Shown: positions 26,699-41,700 of the stretch, piece after piece
Numbering within the stretch: position 1 is the stretch's first letter
Layout: each line of letters begins with the position of its first letter
Origin: Phoronis australis
Lineage: Eukaryota > Animalia > Phoronida
Reading direction: 5' to 3'
DNA: 64,000 nt
Assembly: GCA_002633005.1 (NCBI GenBank)
Contig: NMRA01000030.1
Span: forward strand, 1,599,015-1,663,014
Notes under the pieces: model-generated
Databases searched by the model: none
The model's input: only the letters and a program-made list of their open reading frames with translations
What the model was told of the DNA's origin: nothing
Translations under genes and position numbers: made by a program

Positions 26699-29600
26699 AT
26701 ATGAGACACAGTATCGTATTTACATGACTATGTAGGATTCTGTAAGATCGTTAACACCACCAGCAAGAGTGCAACATGCCCATTAAGAAAACATAAAAGT
26801 GTAGACCATGTTGTATTGGATTTAACACAAAAATGCAAAAAATCAAAGTGATCCTTAACTGTAATTGAAGAATGGAACAAAAGGTAAAATATTAAATACC
26901 TATGTCCTACGACGAAAATACATCTCACAACTACAGTTCCATTTTGATTTGAGCCATTGCAGTGATTAGTAAACTAGTGCAATGGCCAGTCATTGGTACT
27001 CAAACAATACAGCTGACACTCGCCAGTCAATGTTCAACATACAAGGCATAGTTAAGGGACAAAACATTAAAAATTAAATTGCAACTTGCATGGTCCAAAA
27101 TGCATAAATAATAAAACACACTGATAAGCATGTCCACTGTGTTCTGCTACATAAAGTTAAAGCAACGTCCAATACTGTTGGATTGCATGTCAGTAAGACA
27201 ATATAAAAATAACTCTAAGATGAGTGCTACAGAATGGCACAAAATGCACTAGGCCTGCAGACTTACTTGTGCACAAACTATATCTAACTTTGCAACTAGC
27301 TATACAGAGCGAATTAATTATCACCATGATGCATGAACAACAGTACAAATACATTTACAATTAGAAATTCAGTACCCTCAGCTCAGTAAAGCAATGTTTT
27401 GGTAACAGAAAGATTACACACCTCTTAATACATACACAATTTTGCCTTCAAAATAACTTTAAAAAAGCCAGGATTCAAAAAATAAAAGTTTATATCCCAC
27501 ATGGTTCACAATACAAGGCAAATGTCCAATAAATTTAGAGAACAACAAACAATCCGCACTATTGTAATCCCAATTTACAATTATCTGGCTGCATTTTGCT
27601 TTCTCACATTCACCCTCTCCAATGATTCGACTGTCATCGTCACCCTGTACCATGACTGCCGTGTCATAGTGAACTTCTCAGCTACAGACCAGTGCAATAA
27701 AAATTTACCTCGTTTTATAGATACATTTCAAAGGGACTGAACACTCAACAGTTATAACATATCCACAAACATACTGAATAATCGACTTTATCTACATCAT
27801 ATGGAAAATTTATAACTATGGCAATAGCAGACTGTTTAATTTCCAAACAAAATGCACCATTTTCATGGCACTGTAAATTCACAGCCATTCACAACATCTC
27901 CATGAATCACAAATAATCTGCAAATGAATGACACTGAAAACAAATGGAATGACTTTCATTCATCCAATCACAACACTAGCAAGTTAAACAGATAAAGCCT
28001 ACAAGCAACTGGACATACATAGCACCAGATATATGCATCAACTGAGATTTTTTTCAGCTTACAAAGCAGAGTCTAAAATGTAATTATCACAAAACTGAGA
28101 CAATCAACCCACAAATGCTTAATAAAAATTCCAATGTCCTCATCATAACTCAAGTGATGATGCAACTCTCACCAATTTATATGGATGGCCCTCCATAAGG
28201 ACATGGGGAGGTCAAGTACATAGTTTTGTCCTACACATGTGACTCAAGTCATAAAACCTTTATTATTTGCAACTTGGGAGAATTGCGTTAATTTCATACC
28301 TCAATAGGATTGGAATAGACTGGGTTTCGTGACCTGTTGGAAGAAAGAGAACTGTTTGATACATTACAGAGTGCTATCACACTGGCTAGAGTTTAGAAGA
28401 CCCTGTCTTACATATAGCACCTACTGACGTAGCTACAGTTCTTGGTGTCTAAGACTTGACCAGCTATGGGAGCTCCTTGTGACAAGGAACAGATGCCTAA
28501 CATAGCCCCGTTTATATGCAACACTTTTTACACCCACATGTAAATGCACATCATATGGAAATATTACACATAGTATAAATGTGAATTTGCATCGCATGGT
28601 ATGGGGACAAAAAGAAAAGCGATATTTGCAATAGGCCATGAGATGGAAATATAATTATGGTTACTGAACTGGATAACCACATAAGTATAAGCTCTCCAGA
28701 GTTCTGAAACAACACTTTTCCTATTCACAACATACTTTAAGAGAAATTTGCAACGTAATAAGCAATTATTGCTCATCACATAAGATTTCCATAAATAATA
28801 ATCATTTGGTAATTATTTGAATACTGAACTTGGGAATTTTCAATTGCATTGGTATCGATTAAATCTGCATTTCAATTGCTACGCCCAAAATACTGTTCGC
28901 ATTTTTTATTTAAACAAAAATACATCAATTCTTCTCCTACTCAGCACACAATGTAACAGACGAGTGAAATTATATTTGGTCAAAATTTTCCACAAAAGCC
29001 TACATTAAGAAATGTTTAGTCTATAATTAACTTGGTTTGCACTGTCACATAACAATATGAGGTAAGGCTCACATTAACTGCACCAAGATAATCAGCATTT
29101 GACAAATATTTTTGTGCAAAACAAGAAGTTCCCGCATTTAATTATTCTTTCTTTGCTGTTTGAAAACAAAGATGCTTCGCAAAGTGAACCAAAAAAGTTG
29201 TCCTGGAAAAGACATAAGTAAACCTATTGCATCTGTTCCACATGGTGGTTATCCTGTATCCAGCAAAACCTTGGCATGTAATAGTCATGAAACTTTCACC
29301 CAGTTAGCATCAGCATTTCAATAAAAACCTTCCAAAGCATGCTGGTTGACGGGGTTTGCTTTTGGAAGCTTGAAGGAAAAGTGATGTTGCTTGATCACAG
29401 ATATAATGTTGTAATGACACTTGTCGCCAAGCCATTCTGCATTTACATCTGTACATGAATTTAAATCTCGTTCACATCTGTCATGTATATTATTTGCATA
29501 AGTGTAAATTTACATTTACATGACCTCCGAAGGTGGTGTAAATGACACCCAAGAGCAGCACTGCACAAACGTGTATTAGCATTTACATGACATAAATACA

Positions 29601-29709
29601 TAATACGTAAAAATACATATCATACGGAAAATACATTTGGGTGTAAATACACACTATGGTGTAAAACAGTATCACATAAACCAGGATTTAGGCTCAAATT
29701 TACCCCCAT

Positions 29710-32700
29710 CTAGAACACAAGCACCATGCCATCTGGGCTCTTCCTAAATACTGGTGTGCTGTCACTTCCTTTCTCCACAGACAGGTTGCGCTGCTTGTCA
29801 CCAAGCATGCATGTGATTGATCCATTCTTCACAATAACTCGCAGGTTACGCTTCTGAGTCCTGAGAAATAGAAAATTCACAAACTGATGTCCACATAAAG
29901 GCAACTTAACTAAACTCAGTGATCTAGCACAGCTATTAATTAGTTGAAGTGGCAAGTTACAAAGATTATGTATTGTCTACATAGACACCATTGAGTCACA
30001 CATTTATATCAAAATAATTGCAATGAATACAGCCCTAATATTAACTAAAGGTAAACATGTCATGTTCAAGTTAACAAGACAATGAAAGTTATGTCTTTTG
30101 ACACATTAGTGAATATCAGTTAGTACGTACTAATCACACTATGCATGTTGTATGTTCAGGTGTGCTGTGAATTCAGTTGTAGCGTATCAACATTGAAATA
30201 AGGTTGTTGCTTTTTTCAGAAATCTTTTTAAAGGAGATTTTATGTAAACCCACCAGATTCCCCAATACTGTTACTATTACGTGGAGACACATGACGTAGG
30301 TCAGCGGTGAGTCTCGTGTTTCAATTTTTCATTTGTCAAGAAAAATAATAGGAAGTGTTGAAATAAGGCGTGTTGACACTCGTGTTCCATAACTGAAAAG
30401 TGTCTGGGGTGGAACTGCTCAGGGCTATTTTGATCTTAAACTGTCTCTTAGCTGAAAGTTACACATTGGGTCCCCGAAATCATGCTAATAGCTAAAGAGA
30501 TAAAAGACCTGGTTTTAACAGATATAAACAACAACTCTCCCCATTCAGTTCTCTAAAACAAAATAGTGCTATGTTATCTCCTCAATTCTCAAAAGCTTGG
30601 AGTAATTTAACAAAAATCTAACAAACTCTGTCAAACGATGACCTAAGGTAGGTGACTTATGTGTCAACTGTAAGGAAAGACCACCCACTGTGAGCATGAC
30701 CTGCTATTTGTTGAATCCTGCATTTATCAATCAAGTGAGATGCCAATGGTGCATTAGCTTAGGCAGAATGAAGATTTGGTAGAAATCACCAAAAGAGGAT
30801 TCAGTATATGTTCCGATGATTATCGCTATCTGTTTTCATTTTTGCCAATTAAATTTCCTGAATAAATCCAAACAAACATCTTGCCTTTTCTGTTTTTAAC
30901 AAATGGTAGCCTACCTAAAAACTACGAACAATTTATTGTGAAGGGAAAGTTTTGGGCAAAATGAAAAGTAACACTAGTCATGAGAAATCTAGTCTCTTAA
31001 GACCACTGCTTTATTTAAATGATGGTGTAATCATTAGAACCACTAAAGCCTACCTTTGCCACAGCCTGTTGAGGACTCCGACCAGCTCACCCACCCTATC
31101 ACCATTGTCTTGCTTGCCACAGATACAGAAGACAAGATCATTGCCTCCCTGCAGATGGACGATCACTAACTGATCTGGTCCTCCCGTTACACTCACACCA
31201 GTCATCTGGAGGTGGAGACAGCCAATAAACTGACCAGTTTCTGGTTTGCATGCATTTCAAAATAATAAATTTCAAAATTGCGGAAAACATGACACATTTC
31301 CCAGGAGTTCCTAAAAAGTGAATGACTCCCAAACCTCAAAGAAAAGTACTTTGGTCAGTTTTTTAATTTAAATATATTTGCTGAGTATTGACATTCTGTG
31401 CCCCTTTAAAGAGAATGTCATTTGCTACTGCAGGATAGACATGCATGGAGAAGTCTGCATGTCTGTCTGTATGGATGATTGAACCTCTGTAGGTATAGAG
31501 TTAATTGGAAACAATGGCTAGAATATGTCTAAGCTTACGTTTGTAATAGGAATCCCAGGACCCATGGCTTTGAACTTTTTCAAGTTTAACTTATAGATGA
31601 ACTTGTCTGTGAANAGTTTCTGGTTTGCATGCATTTCAAAATAATAAATTTCAAAATTGCGGAAAACATGACACATTTCCCAGGAGTTCCTAAAAAGTGA
31701 ATGACTCCCAAACCTTAAAGAAAAATACTTTGGTCAGTTTTTTAATTTAAATATATTTGCTGAGTATTGACATTCTGTGCCCCTTTAAAGAGAATGTCAT
31801 TTGCTACTGCAGGATAGACATGCATGGAGAAGTCTGCATGTCTGTCTGTATGGATGATTGAACCTCTGTAGGTATAGAGTTAATTGGAAACAATGGCTAG
31901 AATATGTCTAAGCTTACGTTTGTAATAGGAATCCCAGGACCCATGGCTTTGAACTTTTTCAAGTTTAACTTATAGATGAACTTGTCTGTGAACATAAGAG
32001 CTCTGTCTGCCGATTTGCTATGCTTGTTCACCTGAAATGCACAACACATGTCAATCAAAAGCTACACAACTGCCAGATGATAGTCTAGTTTCATCCTAAG
32101 AGACACGTCCGTGTCAGATTTGGCCAGTAGGCATACTGGTGCCACCTTTTTTCAACATTAAGGTTAATATGTAGAACCTTATCAACAAGCCTGTGTACTT
32201 AGCCATCTACAAAACTATTGATTTGTCTGTAAAAGAGCGTAAACATTTTGTCTCTAATAGTTCATACGGCCACTTTTGTGTCTATTAATTTGAACACGAA
32301 GCTGTCAAGGAAACAATAGTTCGTACTGTGGTGTACGGACTGTAACACAAATCACTAATCATTTTGTAAAAGTAGAAAGCTTGTAGAATTTGATGTTTAA
32401 CTTTTTATCAATTTGTCATTAATTTCCTTATGAGATTTTTAAATGATCATTTCATTATCACTTCATACAAATTTCGTTTTTTTTTTGAAAATCATTAAGT
32501 CCAATTTTTGATAGCCCTTCATTCAAAACTGGAAGATTTTAAAAACAATTAATAATCATTCCCAACAGCGTCTTAGAGAACAGTGCATAAAGTATAGTAT
32601 TCAAAAGTTTCATATGAATCTGATCAGACATTTTTGAGATGTGATGTTCCAAATATTGCCAAATTTGGACATTTTAGGGTCCTAAATAACCATAAGAAAC

Positions 32701-35700
32701 AAAAAAGCTTCATTTAAGAGAAAAATGGTTTTCAAAATCGCATTGACATTTCTCATGCATATCAGCACTGTATATTCATGAGAAATACGTGACACCCATG
32801 AACTGTCATTTGACTAAGAGGTCCCCGAGAGGGCCCCTGACCATAATTTAGAACAAGTAACACATAATCCCTAACAACTCCTAAAAACAGAATGCTGATG
32901 TCACTGTTATGTTGCTATCACATTTTTATTTAGGTTGTGCTCAGAGCGAAGTGCATTTTATAAATGGATGCATTACAGACTGATGGAAGTAGTATTCAAG
33001 AAAGCATGAACTGTACCTTCTTAATGAGACATGAGAAGAGGACTTTACTAAAGCTATCCTTGGCCTTTAAACGGTTGCACTCTGTGACATAATCCAGTGT
33101 GCTGGAATTCTCACTGCCCTGAAATAGGAAACATATGCAAAAGATCATATAAACAAACTTGTACTAACTAGTGATGACTTCCCATCCAAAGCACAATACC
33201 ATTCAACAATGATGACAACTGTGTCACACAATTACCACTCAGATGGACAATGTCAGCAGGTAATATTAAGTTGTGTAAAGACAATCCAGATACGACAACT
33301 GTTGCCAAAACCTGTCCAGCTGCTCACACAGTACAGTGTTCCACAAGTCAGTGAACACTGGTCTTCATAATTATCCACTTGTCAAGAAAAAAACACCAGA
33401 ATATGATAAAGGTCAAAAATGTGAATTCAAAATCATCCTAGTCACAATTTTCTTACACATACGACATCTTCAACCGAAACAATTTGCATTTTATAAAAGT
33501 TTTTTTACACAATGGTATTACTCACAATGTTGAGGTAGTTACCCTCCCATTGGCGACTGTAGCCCCAGTCCTGCCTTTTGCCAGTTAGCACTTCACCAGC
33601 ACAGATCTTGAGACGGAACATAGGCCAGGTATCACGGGGGACACCGCGAAGGATCATGTTGGCGCGCCACCTGGAGGCAAAACACTAGAATGAATGTCCA
33701 CAAGGATGGAAACAACTTGACCGTACAAATTATTTCACAGGAGGCCAAGACTGTTACTCCACTATTATAGAACAAATATCACGCAGTTTTATAATTCTGT
33801 CACCGTGATCATGTGCCATTGAACCATTATTGTTCATCAGCAGGGTGACACTCGTATTTGTTTTCATTTTCCACACGTTTTCAAGGAGTTATTCAGGATA
33901 AACTACTCATTTTCCATCACTTATTTTCTCATTGATTGTTGTCAAGCATAACTGCATGCAAAAAACTCATGTCATGACTCGATAAAATGAGTTTTCTCAT
34001 TGCTTTTTTAGTTTTTACGCCGTTTCCTTTTTCCCATCCCTGACAACATTTTCCTATAATCATATTCCAGCAAGAGTGAGAACCAAAACTAGTTCATCAA
34101 AAAGAGAAACTTCCATGTTGTTGTCTATCATACAGAATGAAGGGTTGAGGTTAGCTTTCTACAGGTTGGTTGCGAACGATTCTTTCTTGATACCTCCTGT
34201 GTGCCTTCTTCAGTTCTTCCACAAGACCCTCAAGAACAGCTGGTGGTTTAGGCCACTCCAGGCTCTTGCCATAGTCAGCCATCCTGCGCACGTTCTTGAA
34301 AACTTCAACTATCTCCAGGATGTACTGACGCAACTTATAGCGACGGAACCGTGCCATGATTCGGTAGATGGCTCGCATCCGCTTAGCACGTAGTCGTGCA
34401 GCACCCCCACGCCACATCTGCAGACAGCATTTATAAAGGAACTCATTAAGTCACCGCAGTCCCATCCACCTAACTTCTGCTTGTGCTAGGTACTGTGGAA
34501 ATGTAGCAGCCAAAGTCCTCCTGAATTATAATGTTTACAGTGAAAAGGTCTATTTCATAAAAAGGGACAAGGCTTAAGTCAGTCAGATTTTTTTTTCTAC
34601 ATCACATCGCAATTTCTCAATGAAGTTTGTGCACTGTAATTGTAAGCAATCACAGCATAGCAAGAACTTATAAAAACTGTCTTTACAGTATGCTCAGCTG
34701 AGATTAAGGATTCAAAAGCAAATAGTTGTGCAGAGAGGAATTGCAGACAAAAGATCTTCAAACCACTTTTCAAAAAACTGGTTTTGAACTACTATCATAG
34801 TAAAGTTATTACTAGTTGATTTTTTTGTATAATAATTACCCAAAATAAACTAGGATATCATTGCCTACTTGAAAGCAGAGCATATTGTAAGCACGTGTGA
34901 ATAACTTATTTTGACATAATTGCACATACTACCTTTTGCAAAAACACAACAATGGAGGGCACCACTTTGCCTCGCTCTTCCTCCAGTGTGAAGATAGTTT
35001 GTGGTGAGCGAATGAAGAGCTTGGTTTTGCCGAACTTGACATCATCGAGAAGATTTTTGGCTTGTAGGAGGACCCGGATACCATCCTCCACAGAACCACT
35101 GTAATTTGGCCACGTCTGCTGAGATATGCACTTGTACCTAGCACCAAAATACAGAAACGTCAAGTCCAATAGACATTCTCTGATATGGTGGCGACATGAT
35201 GACACACCCCTTGTCTGAATTACCGATAACTTTTTATAAATTCTTTGCCAACTTCATACCATAAAACAATCACTGTTGTGTAGTGGAAAAGTCAACAATT
35301 TCAAACCATCCAGTTATCTAGTAATGAAGAATTTGTTCTAAACAACTCTGCCCGTTTTGCACACCTGAATAACAAACTTAGGCAAGCGAAAGAAGCTTCC
35401 ACAATGTCACAATGCTAAAAATTTTCAAGTTTAGTATTTCCTATAGGCATACAGAGGTTGTCTTAAATAAATTGTTTTTCACTTGGGAGACAATTATCAT
35501 TTTTATTAAAGAGTATACTCCGAGTGTTAACAAAGTTTTTTGCAAATTCAATGTTCATTGAAAGCCTGATAGGAAATAGTAAATAGGTCATCACCACAGC
35601 TGCAGGGTCACTGAGCTCTGCATGTTATTCAGAGAACCAGCAGCATGCAGGTCCTGAATGGCCAATGACTCTTTAATGTAAAGTGAATCCTTTACAGGTT

Positions 35701-38700
35701 CTTTACAGATTATAGAGAACATCCCACCTCAGACAAAAGCAATGCCTAGACATTATGTCAGTAACTATCACCAAGCTAATTCAGTCGGTGTTAACTACAA
35801 AGAACCTGCTCAGTGACACTACAGCTATGGTGATGACTCATTTACTATTTCCTGTCGTTAATGTTCCACCCATTTCACTTCATGGATGTAACCAGACTCG
35901 TACGTTGTCACTTGATGACTGACTGCCTGTATCCTGATGATGTCTAATGAATAGAGGAAATGTCAAATTAGTATGAACCTTTTCGTTTGTGCGGCGATTG
36001 TCAGTTTTTGATTTTATTATGCCCAAAAAGTGATGTAATTAATTTAAAATCTTCTCCTGTTTCCAAAATCATCTCAGTTTCTGCAAGTCAAATGTTTGTA
36101 TGAATTCACATTTTTATGTGCAGAACACAGTCTCCAATATGCACTTGATGGACAGTGTCAACTCACCTGTCCAAAAACCTTTGGTAATGAATCCTATAGG
36201 CAAAGCCAGCCCTCCTCACTCTTACATTCTCCACAAGACCAAGGTACAACACCTGGTGGCGACATCTCTCATCATTGAACAAAACTGGGGATTTCTCCTC
36301 GTTGGGCTTAATACAGCGCACATAGTGCGGCTCCTGAAGGGACAGAAGAGAGCATGGAGCATTAGTAGCTGTTGTAACTCACAGTTATTGTGCCTGGAGT
36401 TATAGTCTTAACAGATATCATAGTTACTGAAATTACTGGAGTTATAGCAGTTATTGTTAGTTCATGTCAGTATCTTCTGCTATGGAAAATGCCTTCCAGA
36501 TAACATATTTTACTTCGCTAAGTTCTTAGAAAAGCGTTTTCCACAAACTACATCAAGGCCAAGATTGTGTTTTAAGTTTGCAATAAAAAATACAAACGCC
36601 TATTAACCATTAAAAATTTCACTCCAATGGGAAAGAGCATTTCTTTTCTTTCACTGATGGACATTTGACATCTTTTAAAGCTTTTTTTTGAAAAATATGG
36701 ATTGCGCTACTTCAAAATGGGTTTAATAAGAGAGCAATTAAGAAGCTAGCTACCTTTGATGCCAGCGTATCAACCAGTTCTATGATGGAGTTCTTGAAGT
36801 TGGTGCCCGCAGTTAGAGGGCGCTTAGTGACCTCCGTCACATCTTGGGCACCCTCAGGCCACATACCACTGATCATTTCATTAGAACTGAAACACACAAA
36901 CACAGACTTATATGCACAAGATCGGCAAAATTACACACTAACATGATGAAAAAACATTATTTTATTCTTTCAACTAAATTACATAAGTCTGGTTTTTTGC
37001 ACAAACCAAAGCATGATTTCAGTGACATTTAATTACTTTTAGCACACTGTTGCTGGAGTCAACTACTTAATAACAAAATGATTGCCGAGACTCAGTGTGA
37101 AATTATTGATAATAATTATCCATTCAATAATGTCATGTCCTCACACAAAACAACTTGTCCTGAACATGTAGAGCTTGGCAAAATGGTTGTTAATTATTTG
37201 GACTTTTCCTGCCATGTTCAGGATATTTCTCAACATTAAAATGCAGATTGCCAGTAGCGGATGGCATAAGTTCATAAAGTGATCAACAAAACATGAACGT
37301 GTTAAGGCTATTAGATGATTTAGCATGAGAAAAAAGGCAAATAACATAGAAAATAAATCTGAAACTAAATAAGGCGATCCAGATCCTCCCAAGGATACTA
37401 TTGTTTCATGAAATGTAGAATATAAATCGGTAAATAAAACAACAAGAAAGGGTCAACTGAAATTTGAAATTTTCGGATGTAATAACTTCCTTTGTCAACA
37501 GAAACAGAAACAAAGGCACCAAATGCATGTAACTGCACCAGAGCTCAATTGATAAGTACTTTTGTCTTGTCGGCAGGTATATAACCGCACTGTGAATGAT
37601 GTCTGGGCAACCTACCCCACCTCGATACAGAAGGGGTGAGATGCCGTGCCAGTGTCACCCCACCACAGAGCAATCAGCAACCATACTCTAACTAAACTTA
37701 GCGAGAACTCGTTCCAGGAGCAACGTGTTCAAGGCTATCTGGTATTGAGAACGTCATTTTAGATAATTCAAATTGCAACCACTTTATACCTGTTATAAAG
37801 AAGTCGCTTGAAGTCCTGGAACAGTGTGTCTTTGTTCTTGTCCAGGAAGCCAATAACACTGTACAATACATCGCCAGCGTAGTGCTTGACTCGGAAGTCC
37901 TGGTTGTGGGTCATGACTTTATCAGCTGGACTTAGCTACGAACACAGCACACACGTGACGGTCATAAGATACAGAAGAAAAACACTGCTGTGCCAAATCA
38001 CATGTCCAACAGATGAAAACCAACAATTGGCTTTTCATTACTCAGTATAACTGCAAGTGTGCAGTAAATGTTGAGCTTGATGCCAAGAATGTCTAAAGTT
38101 GGGAAACTCAGGACGTCTAAAGTTGGGAAACTCAAATATCACAACAAAGCTGTTACATTGAGCAGAACTGTAGAATGGGGGGTTCAAAAGAAAAAAATTG
38201 ACAACACAGTAAAAGGTGATGGAAAATAACTCCTTTCAGCAAAGTGAAGCATAAATTTGCTTCATAATTTACATAATTCTTCAGAGGAGATAATCACTAC
38301 TTTGCATTTGCTGCTTTGTGCTAGATGATTCATTATTTTCTATTGCATACTCTATTGCCTTGACAATTAAACAAAGTGACTTATTCATCAAAACATCAAA
38401 TGGACACACCACAAACAAGCTATTCATAAACAATATGGACTGCCTGGTGATTTACTCAGACACTCAGTTGAACAGGTGAATGATTTGATTAATTAAAACC
38501 CAGCAGCTGTCTAAATCAGCATTAAGGCATAGCTGAAATTGAAAATTGAAAGGTCTGGAACTGAATGATAACAATACCTGTCGACTGTCGTAATGTTCAT
38601 TCTGAGCCAGTTTTTTGTCCATGGCATGAAGAAACATCTAAAAGCAGAAATAACAACTGCTACACAAAAGTAAATTGGTATTTCTAGCCTCAAGTCACCC

Positions 38701-41700
38701 TTACCATTACATGAGAATACATTACATGTTAATATATACGGTCAAAATGGTATTTCAATCGGATTGATTCCAGGTGGGTAGTTTTACCCCTGTAAGCTTT
38801 AAACACTTGCAAAATATAACCTGTGTCTGATCTTTGATTATTATTTAAAGCCATGCACTCAGTTATCCTTTATTGTCACAGGAGTATAAGATAATACAAT
38901 AATTGTGCAGAGAATCCACCGTGTGCTAGAAACTGGGTGGTAATTCACAGTACATCTTCATTTCTTAGATTCTAACAACAATGTGAAAACCGATTTAAGT
39001 TGCTTTACTGATAAGAAAAGGGATCAGCATGCAGTCAGTTCACAGGGCTTAGAAACAAAAGTATGAACTGTCTGGAGACGAGCTGAATGCTAGGGGTGTA
39101 ATCTTTAAATACAGTACTGATGTCACGTAGACCATAACAAAAATTCAACATAATCCACCATAAACAGATCACTGTGTGCAATTGAATAGTAGCAAAATCC
39201 AGCAAGTTACCAATAAGTTCGTTCTTCCTGGGCTAATTTCACATAGTAGCATGTACTTGGATGTAACTAGACAATGTAATTCATGAACTGAGGTCTCTCT
39301 TCTCCTTAGTACATCTAATTCAAAAAAACTAGGAACCTACAGGTTTCATCTTCCATTTCAAGTTTCATATTTATAGATAAAACAAGAGCAACACGGAGCA
39401 TTGAAATGCGCCCACAACTGTACCGCAAACGGCGTACTTCTGGGATGTTTATTTGTATCATTAGATGCCACATAAAACATTGAAACCATCCACATATGGG
39501 AGGGTAGCGTCGTCTCTCAAAACTTTTTGCCAAATTTCATGAAAATCCATCAAAGAACTCCAAAGGTACAAAGGCAAGCATAACAATGAAACTACCATTA
39601 GGAACCACAGCAGTAGTCAAATCTGTCCATCTGCTGTCAAGTTAATAGGAATACAACTGAAAAATTTCGAAAAAAATCTTGCAAGGGGTTAAGGAGGTAC
39701 AGAATGCATATGAAAAAATGTCACTAGGGGGCACAAAAGAAGTTGGACCCATTTGAAAATCAACACTAGTCATGCTCTTTTCAGTAAAACACATCAGCTA
39801 ATTTTCATAATGATCCTCTGCGTGGTTTGGCAGACACAGTAGATTATAAAAACAGACTACGAATAATTAAAATGGCCACTAGCTGGTGCAGAATACGTCG
39901 AATCCATCATAAAAAGGAAAGGTGCTGTCGTCTTCATAATAAACACTTCTTTGCCAAATTTCATGAAAAGCGGCAAGGAACTCTGAAGTTACAGAGGCAA
40001 ATGGAAAAATTAAAATTGCTATAAGGGACCACAGCTGTCAGTAGTTGGATTGGTCTCAAATTTGTTGTCATATGTTGCCATCTCCATATGAACACATGTA
40101 CTAAATTTCAGAAAGATCTTGCCAAAGGTAAAGAAGACACAGCCGTGGACGCAAAAATATAATTGCCACAAGGGGGTGCCAGAGTAGTTGAACACATCTG
40201 AAAATCAACATCAGTCTCTGTCTTCTCATCACATCACAAGCAAATGATCCTTCAAGCGGTTTAGTGCATGGAGGGCTTGGTATCAAAAACAAAAAATGTT
40301 TTAAATGGTCAGCAGGTGGCGCAAAATATATCAAATCCACCCTCAAATGAGTAGGCGTTATCGTCCCCTTGATAGAAACCTATTTGCAAAATTTCATGAT
40401 AATACCGAATTTATTCGAAAGTGGGAATCTGTTGACTCTTTAATAGAGACCTATTGATTAAACTTCATAAAAATCTGCTAAGGGGTTTTGAAGATACAGC
40501 TTACAACAAAAAAAATAAAACTGCCACTAGGGTGCACAGCGGTAGTCGGATCCATCCTAGTGTTGTTGTCCATTGTCAACTTTATATAAATACACTTGCC
40601 AAATTCAATAAAGATTTTACAGATTGTTTGGAGATACAGCCACAAAGCAAAAATGTCACCAGGAGGCACCACAGTAGTCCGAGTCTTCCAAAACTCATCA
40701 TCAGCCATCCTCTTCACAGTAGAAAAATAAACACCAATTTTCAAAATCATCCTTAAGGTGGTTTGGTTGATTGCAGGGCAGACGCCAAAAACAGACTAGA
40801 AAACACTAAAGATGGCCACTAGATGTTGCAAAACACGTCAAACTGAACTGAAAACAGGAAAATGTCATCTTTTCTTTCGTAGAAAGCTATCTACAAAATT
40901 TTATGAAAATTCGACAAGGAACTTCAGAGAAACAGAGGAAAACGGAAAACAATAGAATTTCCACTAGGGAGCACAGCATTCATCGGAGCCGTTCAAAAGC
41001 CGTCGTCATCAGTTGTCAACTTTGATACGTTTGCTAAATTTAATAAAGATCCTGCAGAGGGTTTAGGAGATACAACCGTGGGTACAAAAAAACTGCCACT
41101 ACGAGGTGCCACAGTCTAAGTCAAATGAAAACCATTGTCTGCAGGCATCTTCACTGTAGGAATATAATATATAGGTATATGTATATGCTAATTTTCAAAA
41201 TCATCTTTAGAGTGGTGTGGCTGATAGAGGGCGGGTACCAAAAACACTCGAAAACAGTAAGAAATGGCCACTAGGTGGTGCAAAATACCTCAAAACCATC
41301 CGGAAATGGGAGGGTAGCGTCATCTCACCAATAGATATCTATATGCCAAATTTTATGAAAATCCATTGAGGACTTTTGAAGACACAAACATGAAAGTAGT
41401 CAGATCCACCTGAAAATTCGCTCGTGCCGTCCTATCCATGAAAGGAACACATGAATTGTGCAAAAATTTATAAACATACATCAAAGGGTTTTGGAGATAG
41501 GCAGCGCATGCCGGATGGGCGCTGGGCAGACGCCAGACAAACAGAGATGACGGCATAATGCACCCACATACAAATATGTGGGCGCATAATTATGCACGCA
41601 TTCATCTTATAAAATATGGAATTGCAGTACATTTCACTAATACCTTGTGGAGTGGGTACAAAAGAACGTGTCTGTCAGAAGAGAAAGACAGCCAGCTGTT

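Noticed and set aside
31236-31992. Apparent tandem duplication including part of a myosin exon (alternative exon?)
   Set aside because: Near-identical ~378-bp copies are separated by a single N at 31614 and one exon copy is cut at the gap with no acceptor; most likely an assembly or haplotype overlap.
35830-35945. C/D-box snoRNA or hammerhead-like motifs (GTGATGA..CTGA; CTGATGA..GAAA)
   Set aside because: Antisense to the host myosin transcript, with no convincing terminal stem or helix II/III.
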